The position numbers were made by a program, and so were the translations under genes. A model generated the notes under the pieces. The model saw only the letters and a program-made list of their open reading frames with translations. It was not told the DNA's origin and searched no databases. From Eremomyces bilateralis CBS 781.70 (Eukaryota), in the NCBI GenBank assembly GCA_010015585.1, contig ML975149.1: 64,000 nt of DNA. The stretch is one strand, 5' to 3'. Below, in pieces: positions 36,038-48,769 of this stretch; the stretch's first letter is position 1, and every line of letters begins with the position of its first letter.

Positions 36038-36682
36038 GCCGTGAAGACTTATTCGTAATATCGTGTACTATATCCCTTCCCATTTCGCTTGCCTTTGTCG
36101 AATAGCACTCTTATTGGAGATTTAATTTCGATCTACGGTTCGGATCTGAGGAAAACCGGGAGACGTCATGGCGGGTGCGGGGAACACGAGTCACGGTCGC
36201 TGATCAGCACTTCCATTCGACAACAATTTTCATACCTCTAGCCAATCGTAAAGCACAAATGGTAATGATATGTCGTCATGCTTCCGGCATACTCTAGTCG
36301 TGTTGGCAGGAATTATCAACTGCTTCTGAAGAGTATGTTTCAGCCACGAACTCGAGCTTCTTTGGGATCGTCCGCCCTCGCCAAACATCCCAACTACATC
36401 ATTTCGCATGACTCTCAAACGCTGGCAGAGATGACCTCCGATACGCTCTTCTATAGATCAAAGGCGCCAGGTTCCCTTCTCTTCGAACGTCAAGCTCCTG
36501 GTGGCGTGCGAAGCGTAACCGCCAACTTTCTTGCAAAATCTTCACCCTGGGCGTGGAACGAGGTGAAATGCCACCCCTATGTCCCTCACCATTGAAGCTG
36601 GCGGCTCTCCCGGCGCCGATGGCTAAACCTCAACTCCCTTCTTCTTTCGCTTATTTCCAACATTCCGTCAATCGAACGTGGC

Positions 36683-37262
36683 TTAGGCTTGGGCTTGGGC
36701 ACCCTCCTTTGCCTTCTTCTTCTCCTCCTCTTCCGGCGTCCTCGTCTGCAACTGCAGCGCATGTAATCCTCCTTCCCTCGCCATTTCTTCCTTTAGCAGC
36801 CCGTACACCATGCGATGGCGCGCCGGTTGCATCTTCGACTTGAAGGCGTCGGAGGTGATGTATACGCTGGGGGATGTAAGCGCTCAGCGCGAAGGGGTAG
36901 TGGGGTTGAAAACGTACCGGAAATGGGTCTGGAAAAGGCGTAGAGTAGTTAGCATTGCACTGCACGTTTATAATAACAGTTCGGAAGTGATGGGATAGAG
37001 AAGAAGCGCGGTACAAACCTCTTTTGATGTGCTTCCTTCCATCGCTTTATGGTGCGCATGGAGATGCGAGTCGTTGAAGATATCAAGGGACGTGGGCTTC
37101 AATGCCTCAGTGATCTATATGATTCCCGCATGAGGAGACCGCTATATGCAGGAGGAAGAATGCCCTTACCTTGGACCGTATCGCATCTTCCATAGGCGCG
37201 ACGGATTGTGACATCGTTGACATTGACGCACGGAAGAGGTTCAAGCCTCCGCGGCGGAGCAT
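36683..37262 (-). CDS. Mitochondrial BolA-family protein (Bol1-like), 4 exons including an 11-nt microexon
   Basis: Spliced MLRRGG...PMEDAIRSKITEALKPTSLDIFNDSHLHAHHKAMEGSTSKETHFRVYITSDAFKSKMQPARHRMVYGLLKEEMAREGGLHALQLQTRTPEE. Introns 37115-37169, 36929-37018 and 36867-36917. Confidence 0.9.
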
Positions 37263-37699
37263 ACGGACGGAGCGATTCCGACGGAGCAAAGCGATTGACG
37301 TTCGGCAGATGGTGGAAAAGCTATTAGGTCATTAAAGGATGCGTTTTGGATGATTTGGTAGAATTGTTAGGAGATGTAATAATGTATTCCAATATTTCTC
37401 GATGTTCGAACTCGAAGTCCCAAGACTTTATGGATACTGCCGACCTCCGAAGACCTCCGAGCTTCCGCTCACCTTAAATTAGCCAACTCCTGCTCAATTC
37501 CGAGATTACTCAAATGTTTTCTTATAAGGTATATTTATATCTCGCAAGAATTGTCTATTCAAGCAATGAGTAGCACTCGCTACACTGTCCTCAATTACGT
37601 CTATCCTCGCGGTTGATCAATGTTTAGCTCGTACCGACCTTCGTATATCCGATAGTACCTGTAGCCGACGCGATTCCGCCCGGGGTCTGATCTGTCATT

Positions 37700-39704
37700 A
37701 TGCAGAGTCGAAGTCTTTCCCGCTTTCTACGATGCAAGTCCTTCCGACCGCTCGGCCCTTTTCTGCATACATTGTCTCTCCGTATGGCTTCGACGCTTCC
37801 CCACCTCCCCATCTTCGAGGCGATCTCCAAGCATGACCCCGAAAGCGTCGCCATCGTCCATAGTTCGACAGGGCAAGAGTTTCGGTATGGGAAGCTATTG
37901 CAAGACGTTGTGGCTGCGAGAAATGAGATTACACAGAGAAACGAGAAGGGTGCTTTCGAGGGGGAGCGGATAGCGTTCCTTATGGAGAACAGCTACGCGT
38001 ATGTGGGTGCGGACGATTCATAGGAACTGTGAGAGGGAACCACGATACTAACTGCCCGGTAGTCACCATTCTGTCGATATTCGCATGTAATGCCATAGCT
38101 GTTCCGCTTTCTCCTGGTTTCCCGGGCTCCGAATTGCGGTATATATTAGAACAAAGCCAGGCGAAGCTGATTATGACATCCGAGTCACTGAGGTCAAAGG
38201 CGCCGAATAAGGAGACAGTGGAAGGACACGCGACGTGGGAAACAAGGGTAGCGAAGGACTATGGGTCCATAAGATCTGAATCGGGCGACATAGAGCTCGA
38301 ACACCTGAGCTCCAATTCCGGAGGCTTGATGTTATATACATCGGGGACGACAAATCGACCCGTAGGAGTCCCGGACACCTCTTGAAGCGAGTTCCAAGCT
38401 GACATCCCTCGAAACCAACAGAAAGGAGTACTCTTGCCTCAATCCGCGGTTACCGCCCAATCACAAACGCTTCTCGAGGCGTGGAAGTATTCTCCGAAAG
38501 ACTACCTGCTCCATATCTTGCCGCTCCACCATATCCATGGCCTCGCCAACGCAGTTCTCACGCCCCTTTTCGCTGGGTCAACCATCGAGTTCATGTCTCC
38601 CTTCTCCGCCCAAACTTGCTGGGAAAGAATCGGAGCTCCTTTTACGAGCGAAGGAACAAAGAAACGACCGATTACATTCTTCACAGCTGTGCCAACGATA
38701 TACACTAGATTATTAGAGTCACATCCGAACCTCCCAGAGGATCTTCAACAAGCTACTAGAAGGGCGATTTCGCCAGAGAATTTGCGTTTGAATATCTCAG
38801 GATCCGCGGCGCTCCCGACACCGGTGAAGTCGAAATGGACGGAGCTGAGCGGAGGAAACGTCCTGCTCGAGCGATATGGCATGACAGAGATTGGGATGGG
38901 ACTAAGTTGCGGCCTTGATATCAATGACCGTGTTGATGGGAGCGTTGGGTGGCCTTTTGCATCCGTCGAAGCCCGTCTTGTCGATACGGACACAAAAGAA
39001 GTCATCCCGGTTGGCGAGGAGCTGGGCGCAGATGGAAAGGAACGTCAAGGGGAAATTCAGATCCGCGGACCAATGGTATTCAAGGAGTACTGGCGGAATC
39101 CAGAGGCGACTGCCACCGAGTTCACGACCGATGAAGACGGCAAGGGTCCATGGTTCAAGACCGGGGATGTCGCTGTCCGCCGCGTCGTCGAAAGCGCGGG
39201 GAAGAGTGCGCAGGACTGGGCAAAGGGACCGATGTATTTCATTCAGGGGAGACAGAGCGCGGATATCATTAAGACGGGGGGTGAGAAGGTCAGTGCTCTA
39301 GAAGTTGAGCGGGAGATGCTCTCATTGTGAGTCTACCACCCTAGTAGAGCTACGAGGGATGCTAACGCAGCTTTCAAGGCCGCAGATCGCCGAGTGTGCG
39401 GTGGTTGCCCTCCCCTCGGACGCATGGGGCCAGAAAGTTGCGGCGGTCGTTGTCCTGACAGAACAGGGGAAGACGGCCGGACGAGGCGGCAAGGCTTGGA
39501 GCGCACTCGATTTGCGAAGATCTTTGAAAGATCGGTTGGTTAACTACAAGATCCCACAAGAGATGAAAGTGGTGGAGAGTATACCAAAGAACGCGATGGG
39601 AAAGAGTAAGACAGCCAAACCCGATCGCAAAGTCGTATATGCTAACATCTACAGTAAATAAGAAGATGCTCGTCAAAGAGATATTCCCTAGCGCTACGAG
39701 TTAA
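37700..39704 (+). CDS. AMP-forming acyl-CoA synthetase, ACSF3/malonyl-CoA synthetase-like, 5 exons
   Basis: YTSGTTNRPKGV, LPLHHIHG, SGSAALP, LLERYGMTEIGM, FKTGD, IIKTGGEKVSALEVE and PKNAMGKINKK. The N-terminus is an Arg/Ser-rich presequence-like stretch, with a second ATG at 37784. Confidence 0.88.
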
Positions 39705-40191
39705 TTAATCTATGGAAAATAGTTAGGCTAGAAGGCTTAATATCCTCACGACCGGAAATACACCTTGTCGTCAGTCTTGGACTCGTTGTCGATAGGATGA
39801 ACTAAACATTACGCTACTAATACTGCATACATGTAGTTAGTGCATAAAATGGAGGCATCACCGACATCCCATCAAAATAATTCGACACAATAGCCAAAAA
39901 CACAAGAACATACAGCAATGGGAGTTCCCCATAACTCACCCGGCGGTATAAAGGAGGTCGAAATCAGAGGGTCAATACTGCCGAAAGACGGGGGTCCGTC
40001 GAAAGCACACACTCTGACTGACCTAGTACCTTTTTGGATACTGGAACCCTCCTTAGAGTTCTTCGAAAGGTTTATAAATGCCTCAATTTCTTGGTCGGTC
40101 GAGATGCGCGTCCTTTAGCTTGGGTGTGGTCAACAGCCGTAGAGCGTGTTATACAGAGAATTTTCAATGCTTCTGGCGGAATGGTGGTTGA

Positions 40192-41293
40192 TTAATTGAC
40201 TCCGTCTGAAACAATGAATGGAAGGAAGGTTAAATTCTTGAAGAAATCATGCAATGTCCATCGCGGAGCACTAAAGAGGGAGCGATCAATCTTGACACCA
40301 AATGAGAGGAAGGACACAACGTCTTGAACAAGCTCTTCTTCACTGACCTCGTAGCTCGCTTCAAAGTTCCCATTCCTAGTATCGCTTGCAATACCAAGAA
40401 AAGCATAGATCTTGTCCCTCAATTCAGTAGCTTCATTGCTACAAAATTTAAGAAGAAGTGCAAAGAGGTCCCGTTCCATGTTCCACCAGGACTCTTTCGT
40501 GTATTTTGAGAATCCGGGCATAACATTTAATACAGGCTCGATTGGAGATATTTCGATAGATTTCCCAAGCATCCAGGACAGAGAGGAGAATATCCCTGCT
40601 GGGATTGACTTCATCCCGCACATGATTGTAGCTTCGCGCGCAAGAGCAATCTCCTGGATGATCCACGCTCTTTGAAACCATTTGTCTCTGAAGAAGGTCC
40701 TGAAAGCCTTCAATTGCTTCTTGATGATGGATATTGATCCTTAAGAGAGACATCCTTTTCAAATTTTCCTTCTGCCTTACGCCGCATTTGTCAAGCACAT
40801 GTCTCATATAATTTAGAGAGTCCATGGCAATATCGGTTTACTCTGCGCTTGCTCCAAGCCAGACGACCACCTGATCCGCTCCTTGGTAGATGTTCCTCAT
40901 CAAATCAACTTGATGGCTTCTCTCTTTATTGTTGTTCTGGTTAATACAGATCGCATCTACCCAAACAGTTCGAGCCGAATCTTGGTATCGAAGACTTTGT
41001 AATGCTAAGTGCAGATTCTGTCGAACCTTCACCCTTTCATTGTTAACAATGACCTTAGTCGAGTGTTCTGCTGCCCCCCAAACATAGGAGATTGCTTCAT
41101 ATCGCTTTTGATTAGCACCTTGAAGGTTGTAGTCATGAGCTCGCATCGAATATTGTCCTCAGGTTCGCCTGGAAGAAGTTTGAGAAGTCGAATCACTGCC
41201 TTTTTCTCTGGCAGGGACGAGTACTTGAATCCAGGATCTTGGACTGCTGGGCTAATATCAAGGGGTCCTTGAGTGGTCAATGACACCCTGCAT
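40192..41293 (-). pseudogene. HET-domain (HET-6-like) heterokaryon incompatibility pseudogene
   Basis: IRLLKLLPG...IRCEL / YEAISYVWG...NLHLALQSLR...VWVDAICINQ...ERSHQVDLMRNIY..A.QVVVWLG / WFQRAWIIQEIALA. Frameshifts near 41125 and 40683, and an in-frame TAA at 40838-40840. Confidence 0.9.
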
Positions 41294-42747
41294 GTCAGGC
41301 TTGTGTCAGTCATTTGGTCGTTCAAGAGCACCAAATTGCTGAGCGGTAGGTTCTGTAAAGGATTATCGCAGTGGGGAGGTAATACATCGAGGCTAACGTC
41401 TATGTCTTGTTCTGGTCAACCTTGCATCATAAGTTGCTGCTCTGAATCATCGCCTAAGATGCTGCGCAAGACTGGCAGATCACAATTCTCTTGCAAGGCT
41501 CTCCAGAGACATGCTGGGCCAGCCGCTAATTACACAGCCACAATGAATGTATCGCATGATGCCCCTGTTCGTTTTTACTACCACGCAACATTCTTTCTTC
41601 TGCCCATTACCCCTAGACCAAGCCTATTTAAGACAGCTCACTCATCCCCGATGTATTTACATATTGTCATACTGGCTAGTGCTAAAATGGTTGGGAGTTA
41701 GGTGATTTGGTGACAGCAGCAAAGTTATTGTATTGTGTGAGTTGCTTGTTCTATGTGAATGTCCAGTTCCCTGGCCCTGCAGATATACGAGACTCATGGC
41801 AAGATTATTAATGCAGTTTGAAGCCTCAGGCTCCTAGATCTAACCCTTTGGCCTGCGACAAAAAGGTGAAGTTTTGAGCTTTGTTGACATCGGGAACACC
41901 GCTGCCCCCCAATATGGGATGGTGATGGGTAGGCATCTCGGGGTTGAACAGCAATACCGTTAGTGGACAACTGAGCCTGCATCGAATTGGCGACGGGCAA
42001 TTGAGTCGATGTTAGCGCTGAAGACAGAGGTCAATATAAGCAAGTCAGGCAGAGTGAGTGGGGTTCATTATTGCGGATTGTTTTGATTTGTTTTGATTTG
42101 CTTGTTGCTGGGGAGGCTTGGCGAAATCTCGTTCGCTGATTCCCTAACATAGCCAACTTATACATATCGGTTGAGTAGACCGAATATTTTTCGCAGGAGT
42201 GGTATTCGCGGGTTGATGTCGATTGGAGGCAATCCTAGCCTAAATCCGTTACTATGATAAAAGAAAAAGGGCGCGAGATTTACTGTCACGAAGTCTACAT
42301 GCAGACAACATGCTGATGGCGAATCGGGATACGGTAGTTGCTGGCTGGCTAAAAACGTAGAGGTCACCCCATATCGGAATGCCAAACCACCGCTTTTCAA
42401 ACCTTCGGTTCGGAATTACAGACGAATGCTGACGAATGCTACTGAATCGTTTGAAAATAGATGATTGAAAACCTATCTTTCCACTAGAAATGAAATATTT
42501 GCGAGGATGTTCGGCTTGCCAACAGGCGCAGACCCGCATTCGTGCAGTCAACCAATCCGCCAATCGGAGCGCGAGTATACTACAGGGTTCACTTTCCCGA
42601 ACCGGCAGCATTATCCCCACCCGAGTCCGAGTTCCCACCCGAAGCACCATAACACACTTTAAAGCAGAGCTCCTTTGGCGGCGACTCGATAAACTTGTAT
42701 TTCTCGCTCGATACCAAGTTACCAACTATTCGCAAAAGCAATTCAAA

Positions 42748-43475
42748 ATGTCGCCACAAACCATCCGTTCCTTGATTGGCGTATCACCTTCGGCTCCTTC
42801 GGTCACCGATTCGGTGTTGGTGATCATCGATGCGCAGAATGAGTAAGTGCTGTATTCATGACTAGCAGGTCCTGGAGCTAACGGCTGCGCTAGGTATGCC
42901 AACGGAAAGCTGAAGGTTGCTGATGTGGAGGTATCCCAGAAGGTGATCAAGGCCCTGCTGGACAAGTACCGCGCCTCTAACGGGTCTGTCGTACACGTCG
43001 TGGCGGACACTCCACCGGGGGCACCGATCTTTACGCCGGGAACAGAGTTGGCAGAGATTTTCGAAGAACTGACACCGAAGGCCAATGAGCCGGTAAGTCT
43101 TTCACGCGAATAGAGTATCAAACAAATGCTGATCGAGCTCCAGGTCGTCCACAAGCACCATGCGAGTGCGTTCACTGGCACCGATTTCCAGGAGCAGGTA
43201 ACCAAGACTGGCAAGAAGAAGCTTGTTGTTGTTGGATATATGGCGCATAATTGTGTGTCAGCCACTGTTCGAGCTGGGGCGGAGCTGGGTTATGACATTT
43301 CTGTGCTACGGGACGCTGTCGGTGATAGAGACATTCCGGGCGCCAATGCCGAAGAGCTTGTTCGGGTGAGTACACATGGCAAGGTGGAGTTTTGGCGGAG
43401 CTAACATGTGTGCAGGTCTCACTTGCGGAGTTGGCTGACACAGTAGCCACCATTTTGGACTCAAAGGATATCTAA
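42748..43475 (+). CDS. Isochorismatase-like cysteine hydrolase, 4 exons
   Basis: LVIIDAQNEY (Asp), VVHKHHASAF (Lys) and GYMAHNCV (Cys) give an intact catalytic triad. Three GT-AG introns. Confidence 0.9.
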
Positions 43476-44383
43476 GTCCAGACACACCCAACAGATTTCA
43501 AGTATAAACATGCCTCAAGGAGGAAATCAACACGCAAAATCTGCTGTACTTCACTCGACTCGGCACTGTCTACGATAACGACCCAACTTTCTCGGAGAAG
43601 AGTAGCGTGAGGATTTGTCAGGACGCTGATTTCGGCGGCACTCGACCACTGCTGTCCGGTGTTGGATGCTTCGTTAGTGGCGCTCAGGCCGAGATAACTA
43701 GCAATTACAGCCCGTGAAAAAGTTGTCTTGACCGTCTAATCGTTTGCCCATATGCCCTGCGCGGCGGTTTTCTACGTGGTACCGTCCAGACTGTAGTCGA
43801 CCGAATGAGTGCCGATACTGCCTATGGTCTGGCCGTCCTGGCGCTGAGTGCACGAGAAACCATTGAGGACATATTGGTTTTGCATGTCAATGATGAGCCA
43901 GTGGGGTAAGCTCGAGTCCGAGTTTTAGTGAGTGTACCAGAAAGTAGCGGCATTGCCGTCGAATGCATTTTGTGGCTCATTCCCACTTGATAGCTGTCCG
44001 AGGTGATTTCCCATCCACTCCTCTTAATGTTGATTGGGACAATCGAGGCCATGAGGGCCGTTGAAGGTGTGATTTTATAAGTGAGAAAGCTCAATGCGAG
44101 CGACTGTCAATCGCTAGATTCAGGAGTCGGGAGCCTTCATCATGATTGAACAACAACACGCACATTACTCAACTGAAGGTTCCGTAATAAAGTATGCGAG
44201 GCGTAATGTCCTCATGGTGCAGAGCAAACAGTGAAACGGGCCACAAGGCCACAAGGCATCCAGGTCTACAGACCTCGGATCCATCACACAGGGAAATAGC
44301 GCTCCACTGCGGATTGTCTCCTGAATGTTTGGTCCCCGATGTTGACACTCCTAGGTCAACCAAGATCAGCAAATGCTTTTACC

Positions 44384-46732
44384 ATGGCACTGGTACCAAG
44401 ATCAATATCGACAGTATCATCGTCGAAACGCCCTCGACAAGCCATAGCGTGCGAGTGGTGTCGTTCACACAAGCTCAAATGTGACACGCAGCACCCGGCT
44501 TGCCGGAACTGTCAACTGCGAGGCGTCACCTGTGTCACCACGAACCTCCGCAGACTTGGTGCCGAAGCACGCCGGATTGAGCCTCTGGGACGCCGTGGGA
44601 GCAGACAGAGTAGAAGACAAAATTCTATTCCTCAGCCATTGTCTTTCACGGAATCACCGCAATCCAGGCAGCCGTATCCGTCGTCACAAGTCAGGCCGTC
44701 AGCAGAGTTGGAAGCAGATCGTGGACCTTTGCCGCCTATCTTCGCCTTACCATTTGATCAAACCATTCCGCAAAATGATCCCGATGTCACATTGCCAGTA
44801 CACCTCAGTCCGCGGAGTGGAACACCAGGCTCTACAGAACTTTCCGCTCGGACAAACAGGGCATCAAGTCGATCGTCTTTTCAACCATCAACAACAGCTT
44901 CGAACCTGACCCTGGTGACAGATCGGAGCTACTCAAGACGTCAAGTCATCGGTAGTGGAAGTAGCCAATATGTTCTAGTCCAATGGCTAGACATGTTCTT
45001 CGCCAACCATGATACTTGGGCTCCAATCTTTCCGTATTTCCAACAGGGGCTCGCATATTCTCTTGAGATGCCACTGCCGTTCCCAATGTCGTTACCACAA
45101 CTGCCCCCACAGGAGACGATGCAAACATACATCTCAACATACTTTACCCGCATCCATCCGATCTTTCCCGTGTTAGACGAAGACTCATTTCGCACCTCAC
45201 AATATCGGCTTCGAGAGAAGCTGGAGCAAAATCCGCCGACTCTTGGATCTCAAGACTACCCTGCGCTGGCTTGCGCATATGCTGTCTTCAGCGCCGGGGC
45301 GGATGAAGCTGACGGCCTCATGACTCAAGCTGGGACACAGTTCCTAGAAGGCGCATACTTCCTATACGCTCATCTTGTCGCCATCCCATATTTCACTTCT
45401 GTCCAAGCTCTGTTGTTGCTCACCATGATCCTACGAAATCGCAACAAAGACGGTGCCAGCTGGGGAACTTTAGGCCAAGCAATTCGGATCGCTCAATCCA
45501 TCGGACTGCACAGGCATGTTCAAACTCCAGCCTCACCATCATCAATCAGTGGCGGAACAGCGTCCCATAGCTCCCAAGTAGAGGATCTCCACTCTCGCAT
45601 CTGGTGGGCAGCATACATTCTGGAGCGTACGATGGAACTGGAGACCGGACGACCATCCGCGATTCGTGACGATGAATGTGATCAGATCTTGCCAAACCCC
45701 ATCACTAGTGGTAACTGTGACTTCGATTACTTTGGTGCTTCTATCCGCCTCTCCAGGATACAGACTAGAGCAATCAATCTTCTTTATGGCGGGAATAAAC
45801 ATCAGCGCAAGAATACCAAGGAACTCTTGATAGAAATGGGTCGGATTGATCGAGCGTTGGTAGATTGGGCAGATGACTTTCCTCGTTCTATTCGGTGAGT
45901 TTGTAATCCCTTCCCTTAATTCTAGATTTAATGCTCCTCAGTCCTGGCCACGATCTACATTGCGGTGCCGAAGAACTTCATTTAGCCACGTACCTCACTC
46001 TTCATTACCACCAAACCATGATAGCTCTGCACCGGCCTGCACTCATGTCAGCCCTTGGATTCCTTCGCAGCCGAATCAATGAGTATTGTGCCGGAACTCC
46101 GTGGAAAGACAGGTTGCATTTTAGTCTTTGTATCGGAGCTGCCTCTGCTCGGGCAATAATGAAGGCACTGAACGACTTATGGATGTATGCAAACCCGTCA
46201 AGGATCATCACCGTCAACCAAACTCTGCTTGCTATCTTAGTTTTGGGAATATATGCGACTAAGATTCCGATGAGCAAAATGAATAGTTCCGATCTTGCGG
46301 TAGGCAACATCAGCTCTACACCAGCTAAGCTAAGCTAACGAAACACCATCAGTTACTCGTCACTTTCGCCGAGCAAGCCGAGAAAGACTTTATAAGCATG
46401 GGACAGGATGCTGAGTTCTCAAGAGGTACGACATGTTTTTTCTAGCAAAGCACTTTGTGCTAACTCGTCTAGGTCTTGCCATCCTTCGGGATCAGCTCTC
46501 AGAGCACATATCTTCAGCCGGTCAATTCTCTGCCATTGCCAGTTGCAACAATGGTCTAGATATCTCAATGGGCGCAACTTCGGCCGAAATCGACCTGGAC
46601 GCATATATGACCAGCCTGGATGAATCCTGGCCTCTCCTCTGGACTGAGGATTTCAGTACTTTCCTCGCTAACGATAGCGAGCAGGACATGCTAAATATGT
46701 ACCTACTTGGGCTTCCACGTCAAGAGAAGTGA
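44384..46732 (+). CDS. Zn(II)2Cys6 transcription factor with fungal-specific TF domain
   Basis: CEWCRSHKLKCDTQHPACRNCQLRGVTC, YFTRIHPIFPVLD, AIRIAQSIGLHR and RIWWAAYILER. Three 3' introns. Confidence 0.92.
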
Positions 46733-47479
46733 AGAACATGGGCTTTTGTCACGGTCCCACGATGGCGGTGGTTCCCATGGAGGCCAGAGGTTGGAGTTGG
46801 AGCAACGCAGTAACAGCGCACCGACGACCGATTCGACTATCTCCCTCTATCGACCCACTGACTCAGCACGTATGGCAACAGACCTGGCCAACGGCGGGCA
46901 AGTGGGGGAGCACAACGGCGAATGAGTTCCCTATACTCTCCCAGCGGTATAAACGAGGTCGAAAACAGGGGGTCAATACCGCCGAAAGACGAGGGCCGGT
47001 CGAAAATATCCTCTCTGTCGCCGTCGTAAAGATGGTAAAGATGCTTTTTCTCCCACGCGAAGAGGCCCGGAGCGTAGATTAGACCCAGACGATAGAACTC
47101 CCAAAGGATCGTGCCGTAGATCGCACGCTGCTCCAATTTTTTTCAGTCTACCGTTTCTCTTTTCAGTCGCTGTCGTCTTCGACCCTTCGCTCAATGCTCT
47201 CGTTCAGTGAACAGTTTCATCACCTCGGCCGCAGTCCACTTTAACTCTCCAATGGCAGCAGACGTTCTCTATCTCCATCAAGCAGCCTTTTGGGAAATTG
47301 CCCCATGACGCTCCATTCAAAATGGGGAAGCAAAAGAACAACAGGCAAAGGAGCTTTTAGCCGATGTACAGAGCAAGCCTTTCGACAACACGGTCCCGAT
47401 TTCGAACAGCACTGTATACAAGCGCGGCTATGCTATGAGGCTCTTTAAAAAGTAGGTATTGATCTTATCATAACTTATA

Positions 47480-48183
47480 TCCGTGGCCCTTGGACCCACA
47501 CCGAAGGTGTGGGTGGACCAATACCATATTTTCATTCAAGACCATATTTTCCATTTCACCACCATCTTCACATCTCTTTCAATTTTATACCATCCAACAT
47601 GCCGAAACGCGGCAATTTTTCAGAGGAAAACCTTCAAAGGGCACTTGAGAAGGCCAGAGAGCAAAAAAATAAGGGGAAAAGGGTCAACTTCTCGGCCTTG
47701 GAGCGCGAATTCCAAGTCGGTCGGTTGGTCATTAAGGGCCGTCTTGAGGGCACCCATATATCATATTCCAACCGCTCACGTTACCAACGATCAACCAAAC
47801 TCGATGAAGGACAAGAAAAGGCTCTTGTCGAATGGATTCATCTTCTCGATACATGGGGAGCGCCTCCGACACCGAACGAGATCGAAAATTGCGCCAATTC
47901 TATCCTCCGCCGGAACGCCCCAGACTCGACTCAGCCGCCTCAGGTTAGTAAGATGTGGAAATATAACTTTATTAAACGTCACTCTCTTCCTCTTATTGAT
48001 CAAAAGCCAATCAAAGAGGACCGTCTCTACGCCGAGGATCTTGGGATTGTTCACCATTGGTTCCAACTCTTAAAGGAACAGGTCGTGGAGTATAAGATCG
48101 ATGCTCGGAATATATATAACTTCGGCGAAAGCGTCTTTCGCCTTGGACAGGGAAAACGTCAAAAGGGGGTTACTAAGGCCTGA
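47480..48183 (+). mobile_element. Truncated pogo/Fot1-like (Tc1/mariner) DNA transposon
   Basis: ORF from ATG 47599 has an HTH-psq-like region, a CENP-B HTH (LDEGQEKALVEWI...W.YNFIKRH) and the start of the DDE domain, where NIYNFGES lacks the catalytic Asp of NFDE; it then stops. The probable left end follows TA at 47478-47479. No right TIR was found. Confidence 0.85.
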
Positions 48184-48769
48184 TTTAAGCCTGAGCTCCT
48201 CCTGATTGTGCCTAATTTCATCCCTAAGTAGTATAAAGAGGCCTGAAATTAGGCCCCTGTCAGCTTATAGAGATGCTAAGTATCTACTCGAGTAGGATTA
48301 ACTGGTCCTATTTTTAAGCTATAAAGTCTTTAGTGGCTTAGCTCTTAGACCCCTATATGCTGCTGGAGCCTCAACAAGAGCGTTCTTGTACTTACCCAGA
48401 GCAGTGAAACGGCTCATCCAAGACCCTACCAACATGGCAATGACTACAACGATATAAAACGCTGTACCATAACCCTCGATCCACTTACCCTTCCTAGCTT
48501 CGATATGTCACTGCCTCTACCATCGCCAGCACTCTCCCCGGCCGTCCGGCTTGCGAAAATTGCCGATTTGGACATCATTACTGGAACAACCCGTGTTTTT
48601 ACTTCGTGAGGCCCACGAAGTGTCCTGTTAGTTGCAAAAGTAGGCACAAAGCAAATTCGATTCCGCACTTTGGCTAGGTAGAGTAGACCTACTAGGTACG
48701 AAATTTATTGGACGGCTCCACCTATCCATCACACCAATTTTTCAACTTCGCCGATGAACTTTGTTTTTC

